Assembly: GCA_900769635.1 (NCBI GenBank)
Contig: CAAGHJ010000014.1
Location: 2,584-66,583 of the forward strand
Reading direction: 5' to 3'
Length of the DNA: 64,000 bases
Origin: Bacilli bacterium
GTDB taxonomy: Bacteria; Bacillota_I; Bacilli_A; RF39; UBA660
In this document: piece by piece, positions 18,143-29,108 of the stretch
How the letters are laid out: every line of letters starts with the position of its first letter
How positions within the stretch are numbered: the first letter of the stretch is position 1
Translations under genes and position numbers: made by a program
Notes under the pieces: model-generated
Database searches by the model: none
Told to the model about the DNA's origin: nothing
The model's input: the letters and a program-made list of their open reading frames with translations, nothing else

Positions 18143-20680
18143 ATGAAATTAAGTGAAGTAGACATAAATAAAGTCTCACCAATGATGAGACACTATATAG
18201 AATTAAAACAAGAATACAAAGATGAAGTACTCTTTTATAGATTAGGAGATTTCTATGAAATGTTTTTTGAAGATGCTGAAGAAGTATCTCACACTCTTGA
18301 ATTAACTCTAACCGGAAGGAATGCCGGATTAGACGAAAGAGTACCAATGTGTGGCATTCCTTATCACGCCAAAGATATATATATAGATAGATTAGTAAAA
18401 CTAGGATATAAAATAGCAATATGTGAGCAAGTAGAAGACCCCAAAAGTGCCAAAGGAATAGTAAAAAGAGAAGTAACCGAAGTAATAAGTAGGGGAACCA
18501 TAACCGATTCTTCAAGTTTAAACGAAAAAGAGAACAATTATATAGGAAGTATTATAACCACTGATAATAACTATATTTTAACATATAGCGATATAACAAC
18601 AGGCGAACTCTATACCAAGACCATATTAAAAGATAGTGAAAAACTATTAAGTGAAGTTCAATTTTTAGACCTTGAAGAAATAATATTAGATACCAAAGTA
18701 GAAAGTGCAGTCAAAGCAAATCTAAAAGAAGTTCAAAAGTTAACCGTAACTGTGTTAGATAACATTTATGAAAAAGAAGACTATAATTATCTCTTTCAAA
18801 ACATAGAAAAAAAGGAAATAATTACCTCCATAAAACACCTCTTATATTACTTAGTTGTAGTAGGAAAGCGTAACCTTGCCCATTTAAGACTCCCCAAAAT
18901 AATAGAAGCATCTTCCACTCTAAAAATGGATATTCATACTAAGAGAAATCTTGAACTAACCGAAAACCTTAGATTAAAAGAAAAGACCTATTCATTACTT
19001 TGGCTCTTAGATAATACCAAAACCGCAATGGGAAGTAGAATGTTAAAAAAATATATTGAAACCCCTCTTGTCGATATAAATAAAATAAATGAAAGATATA
19101 ATGTTGTAAGTACACTGATGACACAGTTCTTAATAAGTGAAGAATTAAGAGAATACCTATACAAAGTATATGACTTAGAACGCTTATCAGGAAAAATAGC
19201 CCTTGAAACCGCCAATGGCAAAGACTTAATTCAATTAAGAAATTCTCTAAGTATTCTTCCCCAAATAAATAGTCTCCTAAAAGAATTAAATTATCAAACC
19301 CTTCCCAATTTAGAAGAGTTATACAATCTATTAAATACTTCTATATATGAAGAACCACCAACCACCATAAAAGAAGGATACCTAATAAAAGAAGGCTATA
19401 ATAAAGAACTAGACGAATTAAAAAGTCTCCGCAATGGTGGAAAAAACTTCATCGCCTCTTTTGAAACTTCCGAAAGAGAAAAAACAGGTATAAAAAATCT
19501 CAAAGTAGGTTATAACAAAGTCTTTGGCTATTATATAGAAGTATCCAAAGCAAATACATCTTTAGTAAAAGAAGAATACGGTTATGTAAGAAAACAAACA
19601 CTTGCTAACTGCGAAAGATACATAAACAATACCCTCAAAGAAAAAGAAGCCCTTGTTCTTTCTGCGGAAGAAAAAATAATAACCCTAGAATATGAACTAT
19701 TTACAAAAATAAGAAAACAATGTGCAAGTTACATACAGTCTCTCCAAGAAGCATCTCAAATAATAAGTGAAATAGATGTTTTACAAAGTTTTGCCAAAGT
19801 AAGTGAAAAGTACAAGTATGTAAGACCAACTCTAACTAAAGATCACATAATAAATATAAAATCATCACGTCATCCCGTTGTTGAACAAGTAATCAAAGAC
19901 CAGTATGTAGATAACGATATTCTAATGGATAAAGACACAAATATAATACTAATAACAGGACCAAATATGGCCGGAAAAAGTACCTATATGAGACAATTAG
20001 GAATAATAGTCATAATGGCCCAAATAGGATGTTTCATCCCTGCTAAAGAAGCAACATTACCGATCTTTGACCAAATCTTTACCCGTATAGGAGCTTCCGA
20101 TGACTTAGTAAGTGGTCAATCAACCTTTATGGTCGAAATGCTAGAATCTGCTAATGCCATCACCAATGCTACTCAAAATAGTCTTATACTATTTGATGAA
20201 TTAGGCCGTGGAACAGCGACCTTTGACGGAATGAGTCTTGCCCAATCCATTCTCGAATACATTTCCAAAAAAGTCAGATGCAAAACAATGTTCTCAACCC
20301 ATTATCACGAATTAACTGACCTCGAAGAGAATTTAACCAATTTAAAAAACTACCACGTATCTTGCATCGAAAAAGACGGCAATCTAACCTTTCTCCATAA
20401 AGTCAAAAAAGGATGTGTCGATAAAAGCTACGGTATAAATGTAGCCCGTCTTGCCGGATTACCACCCGAAGTAATAGAACGAGCTAACGAAATACTAAAA
20501 ATATACGAAGCCAAAGAAGAAGGCCGTGATGTAATTATTCAAACAACCCTTCCCCTCGATTTCAAAGAAGAGAAAAATAATATTGAAGAAAAAATCAAGA
20601 CTTTAAACATCCTCGATATGACGCCAATGCAAGCCCTAAATACCCTTTACGAACTTCGTGAGGAGGTCATTCAAAAATGA
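18143..20680 (+). CDS. mutS: DNA mismatch repair protein MutS
   Basis: MRHYIELKQEY...GDFYEMFFEDA mismatch-binding domain, Walker A GPNMAGKST, MutS signature. No mutL follows. Confidence 0.95.
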   Translation: MKLSEVDINKVSPMMRHYIELKQEYKDEVLFYRLGDFYEMFFEDAEEVSHTLELTLTGRNAGLDERVPMCGIPYHAKDIYIDRLVKLGYKIAICEQVEDPKSAKGIVKREVTEVISRGTITDSSSLNEKENNYIGSIITTDNNYILTYSDITTGELYTKTILKDSEKLLSEVQFLDLEEIILDTKVESAVKANLKEVQKLTVTVLDNIYEKEDYNYLFQNIEKKEIITSIKHLLYYLVVVGKRNLAHLRLPKIIEASSTLKMDIHTKRNLELTENLRLKEKTYSLLWLLDNTKTAMGSRMLKKYIETPLVDINKINERYNVVSTLMTQFLISEELREYLYKVYDLERLSGKIALETANGKDLIQLRNSLSILPQINSLLKELNYQTLPNLEELYNLLNTSIYEEPPTTIKEGYLIKEGYNKELDELKSLRNGGKNFIASFETSEREKTGIKNLKVGYNKVFGYYIEVSKANTSLVKEEYGYVRKQTLANCERYINNTLKEKEALVLSAEEKIITLEYELFTKIRKQCASYIQSLQEASQIISEIDVLQSFAKVSEKYKYVRPTLTKDHIINIKSSRHPVVEQVIKDQYVDNDILMDKDTNIILITGPNMAGKSTYMRQLGIIVIMAQIGCFIPAKEATLPIFDQIFTRIGASDDLVSGQSTFMVEMLESANAITNATQNSLILFDELGRGTATFDGMSLAQSILEYISKKVRCKTMFSTHYHELTDLEENLTNLKNYHVSCIEKDGNLTFLHKVKKGCVDKSYGINVARLAGLPPEVIERANEILKIYEAKEEGRDVIIQTTLPLDFKEEKNNIEEKIKTLNILDMTPMQALNTLYELREEVIQK

Positions 20681-21387
20681 AAGCCCTAATAACCGGAATA
20701 ACATCCGATCTTGGTCTTGCCTTTGCACGAAAACTAGTTGAGGAAGGGTACACTATTGTAGGTACATACCATAATAACCAAAACAAAGCCCTTGCTATAA
20801 AAGAAGAAATAAAAGACAAAATAGAACTATATAAAGTAGATTTAACAAGCGAAGAAGAGATCAAATATTTATGTACCACCATAAGTGACATAGATGTACT
20901 AATAAATAATGCCTGTACATATCACGATTGTTCCCTCGAAGAAAAAACCAAAACCAATTTTATAGATACACTCGAAGTAAATCTCATAGCTCCCTTCCTA
21001 TTAATAAAATACCTATCCCCAAATATGCAAAAAGGCCATATCATAAACATATCATCAACTGATGCCATAAATACATACAACGAAATAAATTTCGATTATG
21101 CCAGTTCCAAAGCCGGACTAATAACCCTAACCAAAGCCCTTAGTCAAAGTTTACCCAATATAAAATTATATACCATAACGCCCAATTGGATAAATACCCA
21201 AACTACTAAGGAATTATCACCATTCTATCTTAAAGAAGAACTAAAAAAATCCGGTCAAACTAGACTAATAGAACCCACAGAACTATCACAAATACTATAT
21301 AACATAATAAAAGAAAACACCCTAAAATCAGGAACCAATATAATAGTAGACATAAAAAACAAAAAATTGGAGGTCAAATATGAATAA
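20677..21387 (+). CDS. SDR-family oxidoreductase
   Basis: TGxxxGxG (ITGITSDLG) and YASSK catalytic motif. ATGA overlap with the mutS stop. Confidence 0.8.
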   Translation: MKALITGITSDLGLAFARKLVEEGYTIVGTYHNNQNKALAIKEEIKDKIELYKVDLTSEEEIKYLCTTISDIDVLINNACTYHDCSLEEKTKTNFIDTLEVNLIAPFLLIKYLSPNMQKGHIINISSTDAINTYNEINFDYASSKAGLITLTKALSQSLPNIKLYTITPNWINTQTTKELSPFYLKEELKKSGQTRLIEPTELSQILYNIIKENTLKSGTNIIVDIKNKKLEVKYE

Positions 21388-22621
21388 AAATACCCTAGAA
21401 TACATTCAAAAATGTGAAGAAAAATTACAAAAAAAATATCAAGAAATAGATAATATAAGTTTATACAATAGTAATAAAGTATTATCAGCTTTTCAAAAAA
21501 ATAAAGTTTCAGAATCCCATTTTAACGGAACAACCGGTTATGGTTATAACGATGAAGGAAGAGATATCATTGAAAAAGTATACAAAGACATATTTGCAGC
21601 TGAGGATGCCCTTGTTAGAACACAGTTCATCTCTGGAACTCACGCCATATCCACGACCCTTTTTGCCCTATTAAGACCAAATGATATAATGCTATCAATT
21701 TCCGGTAAACCTTATGACACTCTCGATGAAATAATAGGATTAAAAGAAAACCCTTCCTCCCTTAAAAGTTACGGTATAAAATATATGGAAATAGATTTAA
21801 TAGAAAACGATTTCAATTACGAAAAAATAAAAGAAGTCCTTACCCATAATAAAATAAAACTAATTGAAATCCAAAGAAGTAAAGGTTATTCCACAAGAGA
21901 AAGCCTAAGTATTGAAAAAATAGAAAAAGTCATAAAATACATAAAAAATATCGATAAAGATGTAATAATTATGATTGATAATTGCTATTGTGAGTTCGTA
22001 ACAACCAAAGAACCAATTGAAGTAGGTGCTGATATAGCTGTTGGTTCCCTAATCAAAAATTTAGGTGGTGCTCTTGCCTCAAACGGAGGCTATGTTGTAG
22101 GAAGAGAAGACCTAGTAAATCTAGTATCAGAAAGATTAAATCCCCCTGGACAAGGCAAAGAAGTAGGACCATCACTTGGTGCCAACAAAGGGGTATTACA
22201 AGGACTGTTCCTTTCCCCAAATGTCGTAGCATCAGCTCTAAAAACAGCCCTCTTAACATCCCTAGTGATGGAAGAAAAAGGCTATAAAACCTCTCCAAAA
22301 AGTACCGATGAGAGAGTAGATATAGTACAAAATATAATCTTTGAAGACGCCAGTAAACTAATAAAATATTGCAAGTTAGTTCAAGCATCAAGTCCCATAG
22401 ACTCCTTTGTTACTCCAGAGCCCTCTCCAATGCCAGGCTATACAGATAAAGTAATAATGGCTAGTGGTTCCTTTACACAAGGATCATCCATAGAACTTTC
22501 TGCTGATGGCCCCCTAAGACCACCATACATAGCTTACCAGCAAGGAAGTATAACTTATGATTACGGAAAACTAATGGTTATGAAATTATATGAAAATATT
22601 GAAAAAAATATTGGCAATTAA
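21380..22621 (+). CDS. PLP-dependent methionine gamma-lyase-like protein (aluminium-resistance/YnbB family)
   Basis: GTTGYGYNDEGRD...FISGTHAIS family signature. Confidence 0.65.
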   Translation: MNKNTLEYIQKCEEKLQKKYQEIDNISLYNSNKVLSAFQKNKVSESHFNGTTGYGYNDEGRDIIEKVYKDIFAAEDALVRTQFISGTHAISTTLFALLRPNDIMLSISGKPYDTLDEIIGLKENPSSLKSYGIKYMEIDLIENDFNYEKIKEVLTHNKIKLIEIQRSKGYSTRESLSIEKIEKVIKYIKNIDKDVIIMIDNCYCEFVTTKEPIEVGADIAVGSLIKNLGGALASNGGYVVGREDLVNLVSERLNPPGQGKEVGPSLGANKGVLQGLFLSPNVVASALKTALLTSLVMEEKGYKTSPKSTDERVDIVQNIIFEDASKLIKYCKLVQASSPIDSFVTPEPSPMPGYTDKVIMASGSFTQGSSIELSADGPLRPPYIAYQQGSITYDYGKLMVMKLYENIEKNIGN

Positions 22622-22650
22622 AAAAAAATATGATATAATTAACTTGTAGT

Positions 22651-22736
22651 GCCAGCCTGGCGGAATTGGTAGACGCGATAGACTCAAAATCTATTATCAA
22701 TTTGGTGTGAGGGTTCGAGTCCCTTGGCTGGTACCA
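22651..22736 (+). tRNA. tRNA-Leu (anticodon CAA)
   Basis: Cloverleaf folds. Anticodon loop CTCAAAA, long variable arm, GGTTCGAGTCC T-arm, CCA end. Confidence 0.85.
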
Positions 22737-22749
22737 ATTAAGAGTTATA

Positions 22750-22774
22750 AAGCCCTATAAAACGGGGCTTTTTA
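22750..22774 (+). terminator. rho-independent terminator after tRNA-Leu
   Basis: AGCCC...GGGCT stem followed by TTTTT. Confidence 0.5.
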
Positions 22775-22837
22775 TTGCAGTTTACAAACCAAAAATTGTG
22801 GTATCATTATAACTACACAAAAGAAAGGAAGATAACA

Positions 22838-24250
22838 ATGAAAAAAACCAAAATAATATGTAGCATAGGCCCAGCAAGCACTAACTGGGAAACATTCAAA
22901 TCCCTAGTCCTTGCCGGAATGAATGTTGCACGTATAAATTTCTCTCATGCTAGCCTAGAAGAAAGAGAAACCGTAGAAAAACTAATAAAAAGAGCAAGGG
23001 AAGAACTAAAAATACCCATTGCTACCCTATATGATACCAAAGGACCTGATCTAAGAACAGGAGACTTTGAAGGCGGAAAAATCGATCTCGTAAAAGGAAA
23101 TACCATAAAACTATATGAAAAGCCCGACGAAGAAAAATTAGGAACCAATAAAGAAATATACCTAAACTATAAAAATGTCCTAAAAGATATAAAATTAGGC
23201 CAAACAATACTTCTTGATGATGGCTTCTATAAACTAATAGTAACAGGAATAGAAGAAAGTGGAGTAGAGTGCCTTATCCAAAATTCCGGTACCATAAAAT
23301 CCCGAAGAGGTGTATGTATGCCAGGAATGCACTTAAATATTCCCTTTATATCCAAAGAAGACGAAGAAGACATCAAGTATGCTTGTGAAAAAGACGGTGA
23401 CTTCTTAGCCGTATCCTTCGTAAATACAGCTGCTGAATTAAGAGAAGTAAGAGAACTATGCAAAAAGTACGGTCGTGAAGATATGCAAATAATAGCCAAA
23501 GTCGAAACCCAATTTGGTGTAGACAATCTCGAAGAAATCGTTCAAGAAAGCGATTACATAATGGTAGCTCGCGGAGATTTATCAATCGAAACCGGTGTCG
23601 AAAACCTCCCTCTCTATCAAGCACGAATGATAGATATGTGTCACGACTACGGCAAAGGCGTAATCGTAGCTACCCAAATGATGTACTCAATGAAGACCAA
23701 TATCAGACCAACAAACGCCGAAGTAACCGATGTAGCCGGAGCCGTAATGGCTGGATGTGATGCCATTATGACCAGTGACGAAACAACAATCGGTTCATAC
23801 CCCGTTGAAACCGTCAAAACAATGACTTCCATCTGTGAAAACGTTGAAGAAATAACCAAATACAATCTCGAAGATTACAAATTAAGAGGAACAGATATCC
23901 ATAATACCATTGCCAAATGTGCAACTAAGGCTACTACTGAACTAAATATCAAAGCCATTGTTGCAAGTACCCTAACCGGCAAAACAGCTCTCGACATCTC
24001 ATCCCTTCGCCCCTCATCATTTATCGTTGCTACCGTAACTAGCGAAAAAGTAGCTCGCCTTCTTTCCCTAAAATGGGGTGTATATTCATATATCGTTCCC
24101 CTAGCTAGCACTACCGATAACATAGTAAAACAAGGAGTAGACGCTGCCAAAACCCTCCTCGATTTAGAACCAAAGGACCTCGTTGTTGTAGTCGGAGGTT
24201 TCCCAAAAGAAGCCCACACCAACTTCCTAAAAATTCAAGAAATAAATTAA
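22838..24250 (+). CDS. pyk: Pyruvate kinase
   Basis: MKKTKIICSIGPAS, MVARGDLSIE and other full-length PK motifs. Confidence 0.95.
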   Translation: MKKTKIICSIGPASTNWETFKSLVLAGMNVARINFSHASLEERETVEKLIKRAREELKIPIATLYDTKGPDLRTGDFEGGKIDLVKGNTIKLYEKPDEEKLGTNKEIYLNYKNVLKDIKLGQTILLDDGFYKLIVTGIEESGVECLIQNSGTIKSRRGVCMPGMHLNIPFISKEDEEDIKYACEKDGDFLAVSFVNTAAELREVRELCKKYGREDMQIIAKVETQFGVDNLEEIVQESDYIMVARGDLSIETGVENLPLYQARMIDMCHDYGKGVIVATQMMYSMKTNIRPTNAEVTDVAGAVMAGCDAIMTSDETTIGSYPVETVKTMTSICENVEEITKYNLEDYKLRGTDIHNTIAKCATKATTELNIKAIVASTLTGKTALDISSLRPSSFIVATVTSEKVARLLSLKWGVYSYIVPLASTTDNIVKQGVDAAKTLLDLEPKDLVVVVGGFPKEAHTNFLKIQEIN

Positions 24251-24261
24251 GATACCCCTAA

Positions 24262-25107
24262 TCAAGGGTGCCTTTTTAGTGTGCCATTCATAAAAATCCC
24301 AATCAGTTCCACGCAAATGTCTCGCGTCCTATTATCTATATCTAAAAGAGGATTAAATTCAACTATGTCTAGCGACACAACTTCCTTTTTTGCTTGTATT
24401 ATATCCATTACCCTACGGGCACTCTCTAAATCAATCCCCCTATCTTCTGGAATAGACACCCCCATAGCAATATCTGGATCAATAACATCCATATCAAAAC
24501 TAATATGAATAAATTTACATTTAAGATAATCAAAAGCCTTAAACATAGCCTTTACAATCCCAATCTCTCTAATCTCCTCATCACTAATAACCATTATTCC
24601 CGCATCTCTAATATTAACAAGTTCCTTCTCATCAATACTTCTCGTCCCAACCATCACCACATTCTCTCTCTTAATAAAATTATCACTAATACCATTTCTA
24701 AGAACACCATTTCCATATCCACAGAGTGTAGCTAGAGGCATCCCGTGAATGTTCCCCGTTTCACTGCTCTCAAAAGTATTAAAATCAGCGTGAGCATCTA
24801 TCCATATAATCCCAACATCCCCATAAAAATCCAAAGCAGCTAACCCAGACCCAATCCCTAAACTATGATCACCGCCCAAAATAATCGGAAAATTACCATT
24901 TCTAAAAGATTCCCCAACATCCCTATATAAATCCCCATTAACCCCATTGATTCCGGCAATATCATTCTTAGAACCCATAGAGTTAACATCATAAATCTTC
25001 GCAAACCCCTCCAAATCCAGTCTCTCCCTAATCACTCTCGGTCCCATCTCTGTTCCCATAACATTAACGCCCAAACTACTGTTCACACAAATTAAACTAT
25101 ATTTCAT
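24262..25107 (-). CDS. Arginase-family ureohydrolase (arginase/agmatinase/formiminoglutamase)
   Basis: GGDHSL, DAHAD and SFDMDVIDP Mn-binding motifs. Confidence 0.8.
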   Translation of the reverse strand: MKYSLICVNSSLGVNVMGTEMGPRVIRERLDLEGFAKIYDVNSMGSKNDIAGINGVNGDLYRDVGESFRNGNFPIILGGDHSLGIGSGLAALDFYGDVGIIWIDAHADFNTFESSETGNIHGMPLATLCGYGNGVLRNGISDNFIKRENVVMVGTRSIDEKELVNIRDAGIMVISDEEIREIGIVKAMFKAFDYLKCKFIHISFDMDVIDPDIAMGVSIPEDRGIDLESARRVMDIIQAKKEVVSLDIVEFNPLLDIDNRTRDICVELIGIFMNGTLKRHP

Positions 25108-25112
25108 AATCC

Positions 25113-25138
25113 TCCTAAAAAAAAATCCCTAACGGATT
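25113..25138 (-). terminator. Terminator for the minus-strand tRNA-Arg
   Basis: AATCC/GGATT hairpin followed on the minus strand by a T-run. Confidence 0.45.
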
Positions 25139-25144
25139 TAAAAA

Positions 25145-25221
25145 TGGCGTCCTTGGGCAGATTCGAACTGCCGACTTTCCGCTTAGGAGGCGGATACTCT
25201 ATCCTGCTGAGTTACAAGGAC
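25145..25221 (-). tRNA. tRNA-Arg (anticodon CCT)
   Basis: Reverse complement folds as GTCCTTG...anticodon loop CTCCTAA...GGTTCGAATCC...CAAGGACGCCA. Confidence 0.85.
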
Positions 25222-25307
25222 CTGACTAAACACATTATAGCACACATTCCCCTTAAAATACAAGAGAAAATGCAAAAGTTTACAAAAAATTTACACTTTA
25301 ACACTGA

Positions 25308-25319
25308 CCCTATCGGGGG
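25308..25319 (+). repeat. CCCTATCGGGGG mini-hairpin (variant of the GC-hairpin motif family). Second copy at 38089-38101
   Basis: Identical 12-mer in two intergenic regions of an AT-rich genome. Confidence 0.35.
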
Positions 25320-25422
25320 CAAATACCCAAAATTATCAAAACAAAAAATATCATTAACAAATAGTAAATAATCAAACAAATAAACAAAAACTGTGATATA
25401 ATGAAAGAAAGGAGTGTGAAAA

Positions 25423-26079
25423 ATGCAAAAAAACAATCTAGTATGGGGCCTAGCCCTTGTCCTAATAGGAATAATCATTATGTTAAATGCCTTAAACATC
25501 ATAAACATAAATCTCCTATTTACAGGTTGGTGGACTCTCTTTATCATCATACCAAGCCTTATCGGACTCATAAAAGATAAAGATAAAACCGGAAGTATCA
25601 TCGGCCTATTAGTAGGAGTATCCCTATTACTATCCGTAAGAGGAATAGTAAAAATTGACCTAATATTAAAACTAATATTACCAAGTCTACTAATAATAAT
25701 AGGCCTATCAATGATGCTAAAAGGAACATTTACAGCAAAAACCAAAACAAATGCTACTACCAATAACCATTACTGTGCTACCCTTTCCGGACAAAAAATA
25801 TCTCTTCCCAAAGAAAAATTTACCGGCTGTAAAGTAGATGCCATTTTTGGCGGCATAACCCTCGATTTAAGAGAAACAATTATTAAGGAAGACGCCATAA
25901 TAGAAGCAAGTGCTATCTTCGGAGGAATAGATATCCTTGTTCCCGAAAACACAAATATAGTTTCCAAAGGAACCGCAATTTTCGGTGGAACCAATATAAA
26001 AAAAGAAAATGACGATACCAATAAATATACCATAACCATAAACGCAACCTGTATGTTTGGAGGCATTGACGTAAAATGA
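25423..26079 (+). CDS. LiaF-like membrane protein with a C-terminal toast-rack (DUF2154/DUF4097) domain
   Basis: Four TM helices followed by repeated AIFGG beta-repeat units. Confidence 0.5.
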   Translation: MQKNNLVWGLALVLIGIIIMLNALNIININLLFTGWWTLFIIIPSLIGLIKDKDKTGSIIGLLVGVSLLLSVRGIVKIDLILKLILPSLLIIIGLSMMLKGTFTAKTKTNATTNNHYCATLSGQKISLPKEKFTGCKVDAIFGGITLDLRETIIKEDAIIEASAIFGGIDILVPENTNIVSKGTAIFGGTNIKKENDDTNKYTITINATCMFGGIDVK

Positions 26080-26876
26080 CAACCACTCAAAAAATAATCA
26101 AAGCCTTTGCTATCATCCTTGCCATAGCCATAATAAGCGGTATCATATCAAGTATCATCAATATAGTAAGTTACTTCCTTCCCGAAAAAGAAACCATAGT
26201 AACCCCATCCGATACCCAAGAATTAATACAATTATCCAATATAAATAACATAGAAATAGAACTAAATAGGGGCAAATTAAATATAGAAACAATACCAACT
26301 TCCCGTCCCCAAATAAGTATAGAAAATAAAAATATCAAATATACCGAAAAAAATGGAGTACTAAAAATAACCGAAAAAGGCCTAAACATTACCAAAGAAA
26401 ATACCATCCTTTTAAGGCTCCCCCAAAACACAGCACTAAATACAATAAAAATAAATTCCGGAGCCGGTGCCATTTACCTAAATAATGTAACAACCCAGTA
26501 TCTAGATTTAGATTTAGGAACTGGCAAAGTAAACATAAATAACATAAAAGTAACAAACGAAGCCGATATCGATGCCGGAGCCGGAAACCTTAGTATGACC
26601 AATTACTACATAAACAAACTAGATTTAGACTTAGGAGTAGGAAACACAACCCTATTAGGCCTATTAGGAGCCGAATCCAAAATAGATTGTGGCCTCGGAT
26701 CTCTTAACCTTACCATACCAGAATCATTAACAAAATATGCCCTTGATATCGAAAAAGGAATTGGAGAAATAACCCTAAATGATGAAAAAATAACCCAAGA
26801 AGAATACCAAACAAATGGAGAAATACCCCTCGAAATAGAAGGAGGAGTAGGGAACATAACCATAAAAACAAATTAG
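26076..26876 (+). CDS. DUF4097 toast-rack domain protein (YvlB-like putative adhesin), membrane-anchored
   Basis: N-terminal TM. Repeated LDLDLGxG / IDAGAGN beta-helical repeats. ATGA overlap with the upstream gene. Confidence 0.45.
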   Translation: MTTTQKIIKAFAIILAIAIISGIISSIINIVSYFLPEKETIVTPSDTQELIQLSNINNIEIELNRGKLNIETIPTSRPQISIENKNIKYTEKNGVLKITEKGLNITKENTILLRLPQNTALNTIKINSGAGAIYLNNVTTQYLDLDLGTGKVNINNIKVTNEADIDAGAGNLSMTNYYINKLDLDLGVGNTTLLGLLGAESKIDCGLGSLNLTIPESLTKYALDIEKGIGEITLNDEKITQEEYQTNGEIPLEIEGGVGNITIKTN

Positions 26877-26891
26877 AAAGAAGGAATAATA

Positions 26892-28115
26892 ATGGATAAA
26901 GAATTACAAAAAGCATTAAAATTAGAAAGAGAAAGACAAGAACAAAATATCGAATTAATAGCATCAGAAAACTACGTTTCTAAAGAAATACTAACCCTTC
27001 AAGGAAGCATTTTAACCAATAAATACGCCGAAGGATATCCCGATAAAAGATACTATGGCGGATGTCAGTATATTGATATCTTTGAAAAAAAAGCCATAGA
27101 ATACGCTTGCAAACTATTCAATTGCAAGTATGCAAACGTTCAGCCCCATAGCGGTTCATCAGCCAATATGGCAGTATATAAAGCCCTATTAAATCACGGT
27201 GATAAAGTAATGGGAATGAATCTAAGTCACGGTGGTCACTTAACCCACGGCTATAAACTAAATTTCTCCGGTCAAGACTATGAAATAGTAAGTTATGACC
27301 TCGATAATAAAACCGAAGAAATAAACTACGATGAACTAAAAAAACTTGCCCTAAAAGAAAAACCAAAGATGATAATCGCTGGAGCTAGTGCCTATTCAAG
27401 AACTATCGATTTCCAAAAATTTAGAGAAATAGCTGACACTGTTGGAGCCTACCTAATGGTCGATATGGCCCATATTGCTGGCCTTGTCGGAGCAGGATAC
27501 CACCCATCACCATTACCATTTGCTGATGTCGTTACAACAACAACCCATAAAACATTACGCGGACCAAGAGGCGGATTAATCCTAACCAATAACGAAGAAA
27601 TAGCAAAGAAAATAAATAAAACCATTTTCCCAGGTATTCAAGGAGGACCCCTAATGCACGTCATAGCAGCAAAAGCCCAATGCTTCTATGAAGCCCTAAA
27701 ACCAGAATTCACTACCTATATAGAAAATGTCCTCAAAAATATAAGAGCAATGAGTGAAGAATTTCAAAAATTAGGATATAAAGTAGTAAGTAATGGTACA
27801 GATAATCACTTAATACTACTTGATGTAAAAACCAGTCGCGGGCTTACCGGAAAAGAAGCCGAAGAACTATTAGACAAAGTCCATATAACAGTAAACAAAA
27901 ACACAATCCCAAATGAAACCGAGAAAGCAACCATATCAAGTGGTATCCGTATCGGATCTCCAGCAATGACAACTCGTGGTCTAAATGAAGACGATTTTAG
28001 ACAAATAGCTAGACTAATAGATAAAGCCCTAACAAATAAAGACAAAGAAGAAAAATTAAAAGAAGTAGAAAACGAGGTACTAACCCTAACCAAAAAGTAC
28101 CCACTACCATATTAA
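26892..28115 (+). CDS. glyA: Serine hydroxymethyltransferase
   Basis: Full-length SHMT with the PLP-lysine region [14 protein letters not shown]. Confidence 0.95.
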   Translation: MDKELQKALKLERERQEQNIELIASENYVSKEILTLQGSILTNKYAEGYPDKRYYGGCQYIDIFEKKAIEYACKLFNCKYANVQPHSGSSANMAVYKALLNHGDKVMGMNLSHGGHLTHGYKLNFSGQDYEIVSYDLDNKTEEINYDELKKLALKEKPKMIIAGASAYSRTIDFQKFREIADTVGAYLMVDMAHIAGLVGAGYHPSPLPFADVVTTTTHKTLRGPRGGLILTNNEEIAKKINKTIFPGIQGGPLMHVIAAKAQCFYEALKPEFTTYIENVLKNIRAMSEEFQKLGYKVVSNGTDNHLILLDVKTSRGLTGKEAEELLDKVHITVNKNTIPNETEKATISSGIRIGSPAMTTRGLNEDDFRQIARLIDKALTNKDKEEKLKEVENEVLTLTKKYPLPY

Positions 28116-28124
28116 GGAGGAATA

Positions 28125-29108
28125 ATGGCCAAATTCGATAAAGACTATATAGAATTGTGTAAAAAAATAATAAATGAAGGTACTTGGGCCCATAACCGTA
28201 CGGGAAACGACACCATAATGATACCAAGTTATAATTTAGAATTCAATTTAGAAGAAGAATTCCCAATCTTAACCACTAAACAAGTATACATAAGACAAGC
28301 CGTATTAGAAATGCTTTGGATATGGCAAGTCCAATCCAATGATGTAAGATGGCTTCAAGAAAGAAATGTCAATATTTGGAATGAATGGATGGTTGATAAA
28401 GACGGCATATACCGTACCTATACCAAAGACGAAAAATACAACAAAGATAAAGAAGTACCCGTATTAAATCTAAATAATGTCCACGGTATAAAGAGGGGAG
28501 TACTCCATTACACTAAAGGCCTAATCGAAGGAAAAAATATAAAAACAGCCAAATACTTTGGCCGAAAATACGCCTATACAATAGGAGCTGCTTATGGATA
28601 TATCGTAAAAAAATACAAACTAATGGATACCCTTCTAGATACCATAAAAAACAATCCTACCGATAGAAGAATGGTCAAAAGCCTTTGGCAAGATGCCGAT
28701 CTAAAAGAAGCCGTTCTCCCATCTTGTGTATGGAGTACAGAATGGGATGTAACGGACGGAAAACTAAACCTAATGGTTCATCAAAGAAGTTGTGATGTCC
28801 CCCTTGGACTACCATTTAACGTAACCCAGTATGCATGTCTCTTAGCAATGATTGCTAAGACAAATAACCTAAAAGCCGGTACTATAAATTGGAGTATAAA
28901 GAACGCCCATATTTATAAAGATCAATTAGACCAAATCAAAGAACAAATAAAAAGATATGAAACCCTTGAAGATTTACCAGCCCCAAAACTATGGTTAAAT
29001 CCCAAAGTAAAACACTTTTATGATTATGACAATTCCCAAGAACTAAAAGACGTCAAACTAATAGACTATAAACACCACGGAAAACTAAGTTTTAACATAA
29101 CCCAATGA
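28125..29108 (+). CDS. thyA: Thymidylate synthase (long ThyA form)
   Basis: HNRTGNDT, LPSCVWSTEW and HQRSCDVPLGLPFNV motifs. Confidence 0.9.
   Translation: MAKFDKDYIELCKKIINEGTWAHNRTGNDTIMIPSYNLEFNLEEEFPILTTKQVYIRQAVLEMLWIWQVQSNDVRWLQERNVNIWNEWMVDKDGIYRTYTKDEKYNKDKEVPVLNLNNVHGIKRGVLHYTKGLIEGKNIKTAKYFGRKYAYTIGAAYGYIVKKYKLMDTLLDTIKNNPTDRRMVKSLWQDADLKEAVLPSCVWSTEWDVTDGKLNLMVHQRSCDVPLGLPFNVTQYACLLAMIAKTNNLKAGTINWSIKNAHIYKDQLDQIKEQIKRYETLEDLPAPKLWLNPKVKHFYDYDNSQELKDVKLIDYKHHGKLSFNITQ

Noticed and set aside
18078-18515. 145-aa minus-strand ORF overlapping the mutS 5' end
   Set aside because: It is antisense to mutS, has no RBS, and its composition is an L/I/Y-rich artefact.
24281-24735. Two + strand ORFs (75 and 76 aa) inside the arginase-family gene
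   Set aside because: Both are antisense to a conserved minus-strand CDS with clear GGDHS/DAHAD motifs.
25212-25763. 183-aa minus-strand ORF
   Set aside because: It overlaps the tRNA-Arg gene and is antisense to the LiaF-like CDS. No RBS.
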